From Deinococcaceae bacterium (GTDB taxonomy: Bacteria > Deinococcota > Deinococci > Deinococcales > Trueperaceae), in assembly GCA_040256005.1 (NCBI GenBank), contig JBDZWC010000008.1:9194-44471 (forward strand): DNA of 35,278 nucleotides, read 5' to 3'. The notes beneath the pieces were generated by a model, which saw only the letters and a list, made by a program, of their open reading frames with translations, had not been told where the DNA came from and did no database searches. Positions 26,843 through 35,278 of the stretch are shown here, piece after piece. Within the stretch, counting starts at the first letter, position 1; every line of letters starts with the position of its first letter. The translations under genes were made by a program, and so were the position numbers.

Positions 26843-29485
26843 ATGGAAGCGACCACGTCGAGAGACGGTGGCGCCGGCGAGCTGGCCACGCGCTACGACC
26901 CGGCGGACGTCGAGGGCCGTTGGGCCGCGCGCTGGGCGTCGGAACCTTTCACCGCCGACCCGCACAGCGACAAGCCGCCGTTCACTATCGTCATACCCCC
27001 ACCCAACGTGACCGGTGCGCTCCACCTCGGCCACGCGTTCGACAACACGATCATCGACGTCCTGATCCGCTACAAGCGCATGCAGGGCTTCGAGGCGCTG
27101 TTCCAGCCCGGCACCGACCACGCCGGCATCGCCACCCAGGTGCAGGTCGAGAGGCAGCTGAAGCTCGAGGGCACGAGCCGTCACGACATGGGCCGCGAGG
27201 CCTTCGTCGAGCGGGTCTGGGAGTGGAAGCGTCGGTACGGCGGCGTCATCATCGACCAGCTCCAGCGCCTGGGCATCAGCGCCGCTTGGGACCGGCTACG
27301 TTTCACGATGGACGACGGCCTCTCGGAAGCGGTGAGGCGCCAGTTCGTGTCGCTGTACCACCAGGGCAAGGTCTACCGCGCCGAGCGCATCGTGAACTGG
27401 GATCCGGTTAGCCAGACCGTTCTGTCTGACATGGAGGTCGACAGGGAGGAGCGCCCGGCCGAGATGTACCAGCTGGCCTACGAGCTGGCAGGGGGCGGCG
27501 CCGTGACGATCGCGACGGTGAGGCCGGAGACGATCTTCGCCGACGTGGCGGTGGCCGTCCATCCGGAGGACGAGCGCTACGCCGGGCTGGTCGGGTCGCA
27601 GGTGAGGGTGCCGCTCACGGACCGCTGGGTCCCCGTCATCGCCGACGAAGCTGTGGAACGGGACTTCGGCACCGGCGCGCTGAAGATCACGCCGGCCCAC
27701 GACCCCACGGACTTCGAGATCGGCGCCAGGCATGGCCTCGAACGGCCGAGCATCATCGACAAGGACGCCAGGCTCACCGGCGACCAAGTGCCCGAGCGTT
27801 TCAGGGGCCTCGACCGCTTCGAAGCGCGGGAGCGGGTGGTGGCGGCCCTGGAAGGGTCCGGTGAGCTGGTGGGCCGCCAGGAGCACATGGTCCCGCTCGG
27901 TCTGTCGCAGCGCACCGGCGAGCCGGTGGAGCCGCTGCTGTCGCTGCAGTGGTTCTACGACACGGACGAGGCGGCCGCGACCGCCCTGGGGCGGGTCGAA
28001 TCAGGCGAGGTCCGCTTCGTGCCCGAGCGCTACACGAAGGTAGACGCGGACTGGCTGCGGAACCTGCGGCACTGGTGCATATCTCGCCAGCTGTGGTGGG
28101 GCCACCGCATCCCGGCCTGGTACGACGCCGAGGGCAACGTGTACGTCCCGCCGGCGGACGACCCACTCCTCGACCCGACGGACGACCCGCGGTGGAGCGG
28201 CCTGGACCTGCGGCAGGACCCCGACGTGTTCGACACGTGGTTCAGCTCCAACCTCTGGCCCTTCAGCACGCTGGGTTGGCCCGACGAGGACGATCCCTTC
28301 TTCCGGAAGTTCTACCCGACCGACGTCCTCGTGACCGGCTACGACATCATCTCGTTCTGGGTGTCCCGGATGCAGATCGCCGGCGAGGAGTTCACAGGGC
28401 GGCCGCCGTTCCACACGGTGGTGCTGCACGGCCTGGTGCTTGACGCTCAGGGCCGGAAGATGTCCAAGTCGAAGGGTAACGGGGTGGACCCGCTGGAGAC
28501 CATAGAGCGCTACGGAGCCGACGCTTTGCGCTTCGCGGTGAGCCGCGCATCCACGGGTGGCCAGGACGTCCGCTGGGACGACCGCCTCGTCGAGATGGGG
28601 CGCAACTTCGCCACCAAGCTGTGGAACGCTGCGCGCCTCGTGATGATGCAGGAGGGGACACCGCACGCCGGGTCGCTGGCGGACGGTCCCAACCTCGCCG
28701 ACAGGTGGCTCCTGTCGCGCCTCCAGCGGGCCGTGCGCGACGTCACCGCCGGCCTCGAGGCGTACGACCTGGGAGCGGCCAACCGGGCGGCCTACGAGTT
28801 CGTCTGGTCGGAGCTGTGCGACTGGTACCTGGAGGCCGCGAAGGCTCCGCTGAGGGCCGGCGACGGCCACGCGCTGGCCACCGCCAGGCACGCCATCGAG
28901 GTCGTCCTGAAGCTCCTCCACCCGATGATGCCGTTCGTCACCTCGGAGCTCCACCAGGCGCTGGGCCACACCGCTCAGGTCGCCCTCGACGCCTGGCCGC
29001 AAGCCGACGACGAGCTCGACGATCCCGGGGCAGAGGCCGAGTTCGAGCGCATGAAGGCCGCGGTGAGCGCGGTGCGGGCGCTGCGAGCGGAGGCGGAGCT
29101 GCCGCCGTCGCAGGTCGTGCAGGTATGGGCCTCCGGGCCGGGGTCCGCCGGCCTCGTCGCCACGCGAGAGCTCTTCGAGTCGCTCGCGCGCGCCGAGCTA
29201 CGCGAGGGGACCCCGGACGGGGTCTCGCTGGTCGGGGCCCTGCCCGACGTCGAGCTGAGGCTGCCGCTGCGAGGTCAGGTAGACGTCGCGGCCTACGAGA
29301 AGCGGCAGCGGAGCCGGCTCGAGAAGGCACGTGCCGAGGCCAGGCGGTCCGCCGGGAAGCTCGCGAACGAGAGGTTCGTGGGCGGCGCTCCGGAGGAGGT
29401 CGTCACCGAGGAGCGCCGGCGGCTCGCGGAGGCGGAGGCGCTGGTGGAGAGGCTGGAACGGGCCCTGGCCGACCTGGCGACGTGA
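26843..29485 (+). CDS. valS: Valine--tRNA ligase
   Basis: PPPNVTGALHLGH (HIGH), DHAGIATQ, WCISRQLWWGHRIP, DTWFSS, KMSKS, C-terminal coiled coil; AAAGGT SD before ATG 26843. Confidence 0.97.
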   Translation: MEATTSRDGGAGELATRYDPADVEGRWAARWASEPFTADPHSDKPPFTIVIPPPNVTGALHLGHAFDNTIIDVLIRYKRMQGFEALFQPGTDHAGIATQVQVERQLKLEGTSRHDMGREAFVERVWEWKRRYGGVIIDQLQRLGISAAWDRLRFTMDDGLSEAVRRQFVSLYHQGKVYRAERIVNWDPVSQTVLSDMEVDREERPAEMYQLAYELAGGGAVTIATVRPETIFADVAVAVHPEDERYAGLVGSQVRVPLTDRWVPVIADEAVERDFGTGALKITPAHDPTDFEIGARHGLERPSIIDKDARLTGDQVPERFRGLDRFEARERVVAALEGSGELVGRQEHMVPLGLSQRTGEPVEPLLSLQWFYDTDEAAATALGRVESGEVRFVPERYTKVDADWLRNLRHWCISRQLWWGHRIPAWYDAEGNVYVPPADDPLLDPTDDPRWSGLDLRQDPDVFDTWFSSNLWPFSTLGWPDEDDPFFRKFYPTDVLVTGYDIISFWVSRMQIAGEEFTGRPPFHTVVLHGLVLDAQGRKMSKSKGNGVDPLETIERYGADALRFAVSRASTGGQDVRWDDRLVEMGRNFATKLWNAARLVMMQEGTPHAGSLADGPNLADRWLLSRLQRAVRDVTAGLEAYDLGAANRAAYEFVWSELCDWYLEAAKAPLRAGDGHALATARHAIEVVLKLLHPMMPFVTSELHQALGHTAQVALDAWPQADDELDDPGAEAEFERMKAAVSAVRALRAEAELPPSQVVQVWASGPGSAGLVATRELFESLARAELREGTPDGVSLVGALPDVELRLPLRGQVDVAAYEKRQRSRLEKARAEARRSAGKLANERFVGGAPEEVVTEERRRLAEAEALVERLERALADLAT

Positions 29486-31011
29486 ACGAGCCGGCGCTGG
29501 CGATCGGCGGTGCGCTCACCAGGGCAGACGTCCTGGACGTCGCGCGTGGGCGCCGCGCAGCCGTCATGCCGCCTGACGTGCGGGAGCGCGTCGCCGTGAG
29601 CAGGGCCTTCGTGGACGAGCTCGTGGCCGCCGGCGAGGTCGTGTACGGCGTCACCACCGGCTTCGGGAAGTTCGCCACGACGACGATCGCCTCGCAGGAC
29701 GTCGTGGCGCTGCAGCGCAACCTGCTCAGGTCGCACGCGGTGGGCGTGGGAGAGCCGCTGGCGCCCGAACTGGTCAGGGCCATGCTCCTGCTCCGGGCGC
29801 ACTCGCTGGCGTTGGGCGCGTCGGGAGTGCGCCCGGAGCTCATCGCATCGCTACTGGACCTGCTTCGCACCGGGATAGTGCCAGAGGTGCCCGCCAAAGG
29901 CTCCGTCGGCGCCTCCGGCGACCTCGCGCCGCTGGCACACATGGCGCTGCCGCTGATCGGCGAGGGATACGCCACCCTGGAGGGTGATCGTCTGACCGGC
30001 GCCGAGGCGCTCGCGCGCGCTGGGCTGGCGCCGCTCGAGCTGGCCGCCAAGGAGGGCCTGGCCCTCATCAACGGCACCCAGTACATGACGGCGCACCTGG
30101 CGTTCGGGCTCTCCAGGGCCGAGCGCGTGGCCGACGCCGCCGACGTGGCCGCAGCGATGACCGTGGAGGGCCTGATGGGCAGCCACAGGCCGTTCGCCGA
30201 GGCCGTCACCCGCCTCAGGCCGCATGCTGGCGCACGGCAGGTGGCTCAGCGCATGCGTACCCTGTTGGCCGGGTCCGGTATCGAGCCCTCACACGCCCAC
30301 TGTGGTCGCGTCCAGGACGCGTACTCGCTCCGCGCGGTGCCGCAGGTGCACGGGGCCAGCCGCGACGCGCTGGCGCACGCCGGCGCGGTCCTCGACGTCG
30401 AGCTGTCCTCCGTCACCGACAACCCGCTCGTCCTGTCGGACGAACGAGCGGTCCTCTCCGCCGGCAACTTCCACGGCCAGCCGCTCGCGCTGGTGGCCGA
30501 CTACGCCGCGATCGCCGTGGCGGAACTGGCCAGCGTCAGCGAGCGCAGGATCGAGCAACTCGTCAACCCGGCGCTCTCGGGCCTACCGGCGTTCCTGACG
30601 CCCCAAGGAGGCCTCAACTCCGGCTACATGGTCGCGCAGTACACGGCGGCCGCCTTGGCGAGCGAGAACAAGGTGCTCGCCCACCCGGCGTCCGTCGACT
30701 CGATCCCCACCAGCGCCAACCAGGAGGACCACGTCTCGATGGGCGCCCATGCCGCTCGCAAACTGCTGGAGGTCGTCGACAACGCCGCTACCGTGGTGGC
30801 CATCGAGCTCATGGTCGCTGCCCAGGCGCTGGACCTGCGGCTGCCGCTCAGACCGGGCCCCGGAGTGGGCGCTGCGCACGCCTTCGTCCGGAGCCTGGTC
30901 GCCCCGTTGGAGGGCGACAGGACCATGGCGGGTGACGTAGGCAGTCTGAGGGCGGCGGTCCTGGACGGCTCGCTCGAGGAAGCGACGGTGGCCGCCGGCG
31001 GCACGGCCTGA
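29482..31011 (+). CDS. hutH: Histidine ammonia-lyase
   Basis: VYGVTTGFG, NLLRSH (HAL-type specificity residues), GASGDLAPL MIO motif, QDAYSLR, GNFHG, NQEDHVSMG; GTGA overlap with valS stop. Confidence 0.93.
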   Translation: MNEPALAIGGALTRADVLDVARGRRAAVMPPDVRERVAVSRAFVDELVAAGEVVYGVTTGFGKFATTTIASQDVVALQRNLLRSHAVGVGEPLAPELVRAMLLLRAHSLALGASGVRPELIASLLDLLRTGIVPEVPAKGSVGASGDLAPLAHMALPLIGEGYATLEGDRLTGAEALARAGLAPLELAAKEGLALINGTQYMTAHLAFGLSRAERVADAADVAAAMTVEGLMGSHRPFAEAVTRLRPHAGARQVAQRMRTLLAGSGIEPSHAHCGRVQDAYSLRAVPQVHGASRDALAHAGAVLDVELSSVTDNPLVLSDERAVLSAGNFHGQPLALVADYAAIAVAELASVSERRIEQLVNPALSGLPAFLTPQGGLNSGYMVAQYTAAALASENKVLAHPASVDSIPTSANQEDHVSMGAHAARKLLEVVDNAATVVAIELMVAAQALDLRLPLRPGPGVGAAHAFVRSLVAPLEGDRTMAGDVGSLRAAVLDGSLEEATVAAGGTA

Positions 31012-31027
31012 GAGGGCTGCCCTTGAC

Positions 31028-31036
31028 TGGTAAGTT
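31028..31036 (+). promoter_or_regulatory. Extended -10 (TGGTAAGTT), leaderless promoter of the MscS gene
   Basis: TAAGTT 6 nt before ATG 31043; no SD. Confidence 0.6.
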
Positions 31037-31042
31037 CCGGAC

Positions 31043-32344
31043 ATGAACGAGGACATCGTGCTCAGGAGCCCGCCGCCGGCGTTCCTCGGTCCCGGCTTCG
31101 CCCGCTTCGCCGCCGAGCAGCCGTTCCTCGCCAGCCTGGTGCTCGGAGCCGGCCTGATCGTTCTCGCTTACGCGTCCTTCCGTCTCACCCGCGTCCTCCT
31201 GGTGCGGCTGATCAACCCGCTCGCGGAGCGCACGCAGTACCGCTGGGACGACGCGCTCAAGGGCAGGAAGTTCTTCTGGCGCCTCTCCTACGCGGTGCCC
31301 GTCCTGGTGCTGCGCGCCGGCCTGCCTTACCTGCCGGCGCTGCAGACGACGGTGCTCCTCGAGAGGCTCCTGTCGGTAGCGATGGCGATCGTCGTCGCCC
31401 GGGCGTTCGCCTCGCTCGTGAACGCGTTCGGGGACGTCTACGCCAAGGGGCCCAACGCGGCGCAGAGGCCCATCAAGGGCTACCTGCAGGTGATCGTCCT
31501 CGTGGGCTACCTGCTGGCTGCCATCGTGATCATCGCCATCGTCGTGCAACGCGACCCCGTCGTGATCCTCACCGGCATCGGCGCCGCCTCCGCCGTGCTG
31601 ATCCTCGTGTTCCAGGACACCCTGCTTTCGCTCGTGGCCGGGATGACCATCACCAACAACGACCTCGTCCGCATCGGCGACTGGATCGAGATGCCCGAGT
31701 TCAACGCCGATGGCTTCGTCCACGACATCGCCCTCAACACGGTCACGGTCCAGAACTGGGACAAGACGTTCAGCGTGATACCGACCCACAAGTTCCTCGG
31801 GCACTCGTTCAAGAACTGGCGGGGCATGCAGGCCTCCGGGGGCAGGCGCATCAAGCGCAGTCTCCTGATAGACATGTCCACGGTGCGGTTCATGGGCGCA
31901 CAGGACGTGGAGCGGCTCTCGCGCTTCGCCCTGCTCAGGCCGTACTTCGAGGAGAAGCGGCGCGACATCGAGGAGTGGATCAAGGAGCACCCGGCGGCGC
32001 TCGACGACCCGGTCAACTCCAGGCGACTGACGAACCTGGGGACGTTCAGGGCGTACGTCACGCGTTACCTGCAGGCTCATCCCGACATCGCGCAGGACAT
32101 GACCTTCCTCGTCAGGCACCTGGACCCGACGCCCCAGGGCATCCCCATCGAGATCTACGTGTTCGTGTCGGACGTGCGCTGGGCGGTCTACGAAGGCGTG
32201 CAGGCCGACGTCTTCGATCACCTGTTGGCGATCCTGCCCGAGTTCGAGCTCTCGGTGTTCCAATCGCCCAGCGGCGCCGACGTGCGACGGCTCGCCCTGT
32301 CGCCTGCGCCGGACGCCGGCGGCTCCGCCGCGCCGGCGGCCTGA
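31043..32344 (+). CDS. MscS-family mechanosensitive channel (YbdG/MscM-like)
   Basis: LVFQDTLLSLVAG, GDWIEMP, TVTVQNWDKT, NWRGMQASGGRRIKRS, LTNLGTFRAY, PIEIYVF. Confidence 0.92.
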   Translation: MNEDIVLRSPPPAFLGPGFARFAAEQPFLASLVLGAGLIVLAYASFRLTRVLLVRLINPLAERTQYRWDDALKGRKFFWRLSYAVPVLVLRAGLPYLPALQTTVLLERLLSVAMAIVVARAFASLVNAFGDVYAKGPNAAQRPIKGYLQVIVLVGYLLAAIVIIAIVVQRDPVVILTGIGAASAVLILVFQDTLLSLVAGMTITNNDLVRIGDWIEMPEFNADGFVHDIALNTVTVQNWDKTFSVIPTHKFLGHSFKNWRGMQASGGRRIKRSLLIDMSTVRFMGAQDVERLSRFALLRPYFEEKRRDIEEWIKEHPAALDDPVNSRRLTNLGTFRAYVTRYLQAHPDIAQDMTFLVRHLDPTPQGIPIEIYVFVSDVRWAVYEGVQADVFDHLLAILPEFELSVFQSPSGADVRRLALSPAPDAGGSAAPAA

Positions 32345-32347
32345 GGC

Positions 32348-34273
32348 CTAGGGGCGCGGCAGCAGGGCGCGCAGGTACGACCAGCGCGTGAGCAGGAAGA
32401 AGCCCAGCTGCACGGCCGCGAACAGGCCCACGACGCTGAGCGCGTACATGAGCACGGCGACCCGAGCCGCGCCGAGCGCGCCCATGAGGCTGCCCAACGA
32501 GTTCAGCGCCACGATGGCGTGAACGCTGCCCACCGCGAACGGCAGCAGGAACACCAGCGCCACCTGGCGGCTCACCACGCGGTCCGCCTCGCGCCGCGTG
32601 ATGCCCACCCTCTTCAGGCGCGCGAACAGGCGCCTGTCGTCGGGCAGCTCGGTGAAGAGCTTGAAGTAGATGAGCGACCCTGCACCGATGAAGAACAGCA
32701 CCGACACGAAGAGGCCGGTGAACAGCGAGAGCCCGAGCGTCTGCCGCGACAACACGAACTCGCCGTACTTGTCCGCCACCAGCGTGCCTGCACCCTCCGG
32801 CACCGCCGCGGAGATCGCCGCACCCAACCCGGTGGCGCGATTAGAGCCGGCCCAGTCGTACACCGCCAGCGTGTACACGTCCTCCCGTGCGGCGACGCTC
32901 GCCCACAGGGCGTCGTCGACCACGTACCACGTCGCCGAGAGGAACGACGGCAGGGCGATGGGCGCGTTGACGCGCCGCACGGCGAGCGCTCCTTCCGCCG
33001 CGGCCGTCACAGGTAGCAAGGAGAAGGAGGGTTCCTTGCCGTCAGAGGACTCGTCACCGGCCCTCTCTAGCGGGACGAGGAGGCTCGCGCCCTCGGCACC
33101 TGCCGGTGCCCCCAGAGCGTTGACCCAGGACACGTAACGAGTCTCGGGAGCCAGCACCAGGTACCGCAGGCCCTCCTCGCCGGGGACCGCGTAGCGCGTC
33201 TCGACGACCTGGATGTCCGCGGCGATGCTGGCGGTCACGCCGTGCTCGAGCAGCAGCGAGTCGACCTCGTCCCGGCTCAGGTGTGGCCTGTCCTCGGCCG
33301 GCTCGAGCAGCACCAGCGCCTGTGGGTACGCGCCCTCGACCGCCGCGTAGAACTGGCGTGACATCACGTAGAAGGTGCCCGCCGCCGCCAGAACCACGGC
33401 GCTGAGGCTGGCGATGCCGGCCAGCAGCCTGGCGTTGTCTGCCAGCCGGAACATGAGCTGAGAGACGACCAGCATGCGGGTTCCGCGCCGGTACGCGCGC
33501 CCCCGCGTCAACCGCCGCATCACGAACACGCCTCCCTGTGTGAAGAGCACGTGCGTGCCGACGACCACCACGGCCACCACGGGCACGAACGCCAGGGCGA
33601 CACCAGCGCCCTGCACGGTGGCTGCCACGGCGTAGCCAGCCGCCACGAGCACGAAGCCCAGTAGGGCAAGCCATGGCCGCGCCCTCGGGGCGACGCGCGG
33701 CTTGCTGGCCTCCTTCAGCATCTCGAGCACCGAGCGCCTGCCTATCGCGCCGGCCCCGGCCACCGTCACGAGCTGGAAGAGCAGGAAGAACCCGCCGGCG
33801 GTGATCAGCAGCGCGCGCGGCACCGCCATGAACTCGATCGGCGACTCGATGAGCAGGACGCGCGAGATCGCCATCAGGAACAGTCGCGAGAAGAGCAGCC
33901 CCAAGCCGATGCCGGCGACGATCGCGGCCAGCGAGAGGTAGGTGTTCTCGAGCCAGATGAGGCGCCTCAGCTGTCCCCGCGTCGTTCCCATCAGCGTGAG
34001 CAGCCCGAACTCCTTGTTGCGCGCCCGGAGGAACGCGCCGCTGGAGTAGAGGACGAAGAAGAACGCGAACACCGCGATGAGGACCAGGCAGACGGTGAGC
34101 ACGACGCGCGTGGTGCCGCCGCCGTAGATGTAGCCGCCCGTCACGTCCGGGTGGTAGAGGAACTGCGCGTAGACGTAGAAGAGCGCCACCGAGAACGTGC
34201 TGCTGAGCAGGAAGGCGGCGTACCGCAACCAGCTCCCCTTGAGGTTCGAGAGCGCGAGCTGTGCGAACGTCAC
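32348..34273 (-). CDS. BceB/YxdM-type ABC transporter permease (FtsX superfamily)
   Basis: About 640 aa with roughly 10 TM and one large extracellular loop; RNKEFGLLTLMG, LIYFKLFTE..D, LKRVG motifs. Confidence 0.85.
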   Translation of the reverse strand: MTFAQLALSNLKGSWLRYAAFLLSSTFSVALFYVYAQFLYHPDVTGGYIYGGGTTRVVLTVCLVLIAVFAFFFVLYSSGAFLRARNKEFGLLTLMGTTRGQLRRLIWLENTYLSLAAIVAGIGLGLLFSRLFLMAISRVLLIESPIEFMAVPRALLITAGGFFLLFQLVTVAGAGAIGRRSVLEMLKEASKPRVAPRARPWLALLGFVLVAAGYAVAATVQGAGVALAFVPVVAVVVVGTHVLFTQGGVFVMRRLTRGRAYRRGTRMLVVSQLMFRLADNARLLAGIASLSAVVLAAAGTFYVMSRQFYAAVEGAYPQALVLLEPAEDRPHLSRDEVDSLLLEHGVTASIAADIQVVETRYAVPGEEGLRYLVLAPETRYVSWVNALGAPAGAEGASLLVPLERAGDESSDGKEPSFSLLPVTAAAEGALAVRRVNAPIALPSFLSATWYVVDDALWASVAAREDVYTLAVYDWAGSNRATGLGAAISAAVPEGAGTLVADKYGEFVLSRQTLGLSLFTGLFVSVLFFIGAGSLIYFKLFTELPDDRRLFARLKRVGITRREADRVVSRQVALVFLLPFAVGSVHAIVALNSLGSLMGALGAARVAVLMYALSVVGLFAAVQLGFFLLTRWSYLRALLPRP

Positions 34274-35110
34274 CTAGGCGAACCCGCCCATCGCGCTGAG
34301 CGTGTCGAGCAGCTGCTGGAAGAACACCTGTCTGTTGCCGCCGCGCCTCAGTTCCGTGAACGGGCGGCCGTCGCGGATGAACACGACCCGCCGGCAGAAG
34401 CTGGCAGCGAACGGGTCGTGGGTGACCATGACCACCGTGACCCCGCGGTCCTCGTTGAGGGACCTGAGCGCCAGCATGACGTCGTTCGCGGCCTTGGAGT
34501 CGAGGTTGCCGGTGAGCTCGTCGGCCAACACGACCGCGGGAGAGTGCACGATCGCGCGGGCGATCGCGGCACGCTGCTGTTGCCCTCCCGAGACCTCGAA
34601 CGGCATCCGGTCCAGCACGCCCTTGATACCGAGCGTCTCTGCCACGCGTTCCAGCGCGGCGTTCATCTCCTTGACCGGCACCTTGTCGAGCACGAGCGGC
34701 AGCAGCACGTTCTCCCGCAGCGTGAGGGTGTCGAGCAGGTTGAAGTCCTGGAAGACGAAGCCGAGGCGGCGCCGCCGGAACAGCGCCAGCTTCTCGTCGT
34801 CCATGGCTGCCGGGTCCTGTCCACCGATGCGCACCGTCCCGCTGGTGGGCCGGTCGATGGTCGACAGCAGGTTGAGGAGCGTCGTCTTCCCGCTCCCCGA
34901 CGGTCCCATGATCCCCAGGAACTCGCCCTCCGTCACGCTCAGGTCGAACCCGTCCAGCGCGGTGTGCGACGCCCCGCCCTTGGCTCCTCCCCCGTACACC
35001 TTCGTGAGCCCACGGGCCTCCAGCACCGCGGGCGCCGCCGCCCCCGTCGTGACCACGGTGGGGTTCGTGAGCCCGGACTCTCTCGCGCTCACGGCTGCTC
35101 CATCTGGCAT
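34274..35110 (-). CDS. BceA-type ABC transporter ATP-binding protein
   Basis: GPSGSGKTT, LGFVFQDFNLLDTL, VSGGQQQR, ADELTGNLDS, VTHDPFAASFC; start codon uncertain. Confidence 0.92.
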   Translation of the reverse strand: MPDGAAVSARESGLTNPTVVTTGAAAPAVLEARGLTKVYGGGAKGGASHTALDGFDLSVTEGEFLGIMGPSGSGKTTLLNLLSTIDRPTSGTVRIGGQDPAAMDDEKLALFRRRRLGFVFQDFNLLDTLTLRENVLLPLVLDKVPVKEMNAALERVAETLGIKGVLDRMPFEVSGGQQQRAAIARAIVHSPAVVLADELTGNLDSKAANDVMLALRSLNEDRGVTVVMVTHDPFAASFCRRVVFIRDGRPFTELRRGGNRQVFFQQLLDTLSAMGGFA

Positions 35111-35190
35111 GCGCGCCTCCTCATGGGGCGATGCTCACCCGTGCCTCAGCGCTCCTGCCATGCTCGTTCGTTACGCCCATCGGCCGAACC

Positions 35191-35204
35191 TTACGACCCC
35201 GTCA
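35191..35204 (-). promoter_or_regulatory. Candidate BceR/GraR-type response-regulator site TGACG-N4-CGTAA
   Basis: Imperfect dyad upstream of the bceA-like gene with the spacing of the TNACA-N4-TGTAA family consensus. Confidence 0.35.
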
Positions 35205-35278
35205 CCCTGCCGCGCCCGTATGACCCGAGGGCACGAAGACGTGCGTGCCGCCGCTACGAAGGGTCACGGTGGTCGTGG
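35202..35278 (-). CDS. 3' end of an upstream gene, possibly a sensor histidine kinase (partial)
   Basis: Open frame TTTVTLRSGGTHVFVPSGHTGAAG*; TTVTL resembles the last HATPase strand; position matches bceS-bceA order. Confidence 0.3.
   Translation of the reverse strand, partial: TTTVTLRSGGTHVFVPSGHTGAAG

Noticed and set aside
28621..31011. Apparent 796-aa HutH fusion with a long N-terminal extension
   Set aside because: The extension is an off-frame read of valS; the real start is the GTG at 29482 overlapping the valS stop

Overview
Densely coding, very GC-rich bacterial chromosomal window, most consistent with Deinococcota (Truepera-like). This is an inference from the gene set, the T-box on valS and frequent -10 boxes placed directly before start codons. 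It is mostly core genome, and I saw no mobile elements, CRISPR arrays, tRNAs or rRNAs. Contents in order: (1) a serA-class V aminotransferase-histidine phosphatase operon. (2) A minus-strand envelope cluster: mreB, SpoIVB/S55-like peptidase, lpxD, lpxC, GnnA-like oxidoreductase, fabZ, lpxA, lpxB-like, MsbA-like ABC exporter, SAM methyltransferase. (3) tsaE-tsaB. (4) An uncharacterised three-gene module: two paralogous proteins sharing an N-terminal domain and probable C-terminal Roadblock/LC7 domains, flanking a secreted/3-TM membrane protein. (5) EVE-hrcA and guaA. (6) A membrane-anchored pseudokinase, divergent from a cysteine-free Mrp/ApbC. (7) A full Val T-box riboswitch ahead of valS-hutH. 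(8) An MscS channel and a BceAB-type ABC transporter, with a probable kinase 3' end at the window edge. The best candidates for undescribed biology are the Roadblock module, the atypical lipid A-like cluster, the pseudokinase and the Cys-free Mrp. All protein calls come from motif recognition by eye; no database searches were run.
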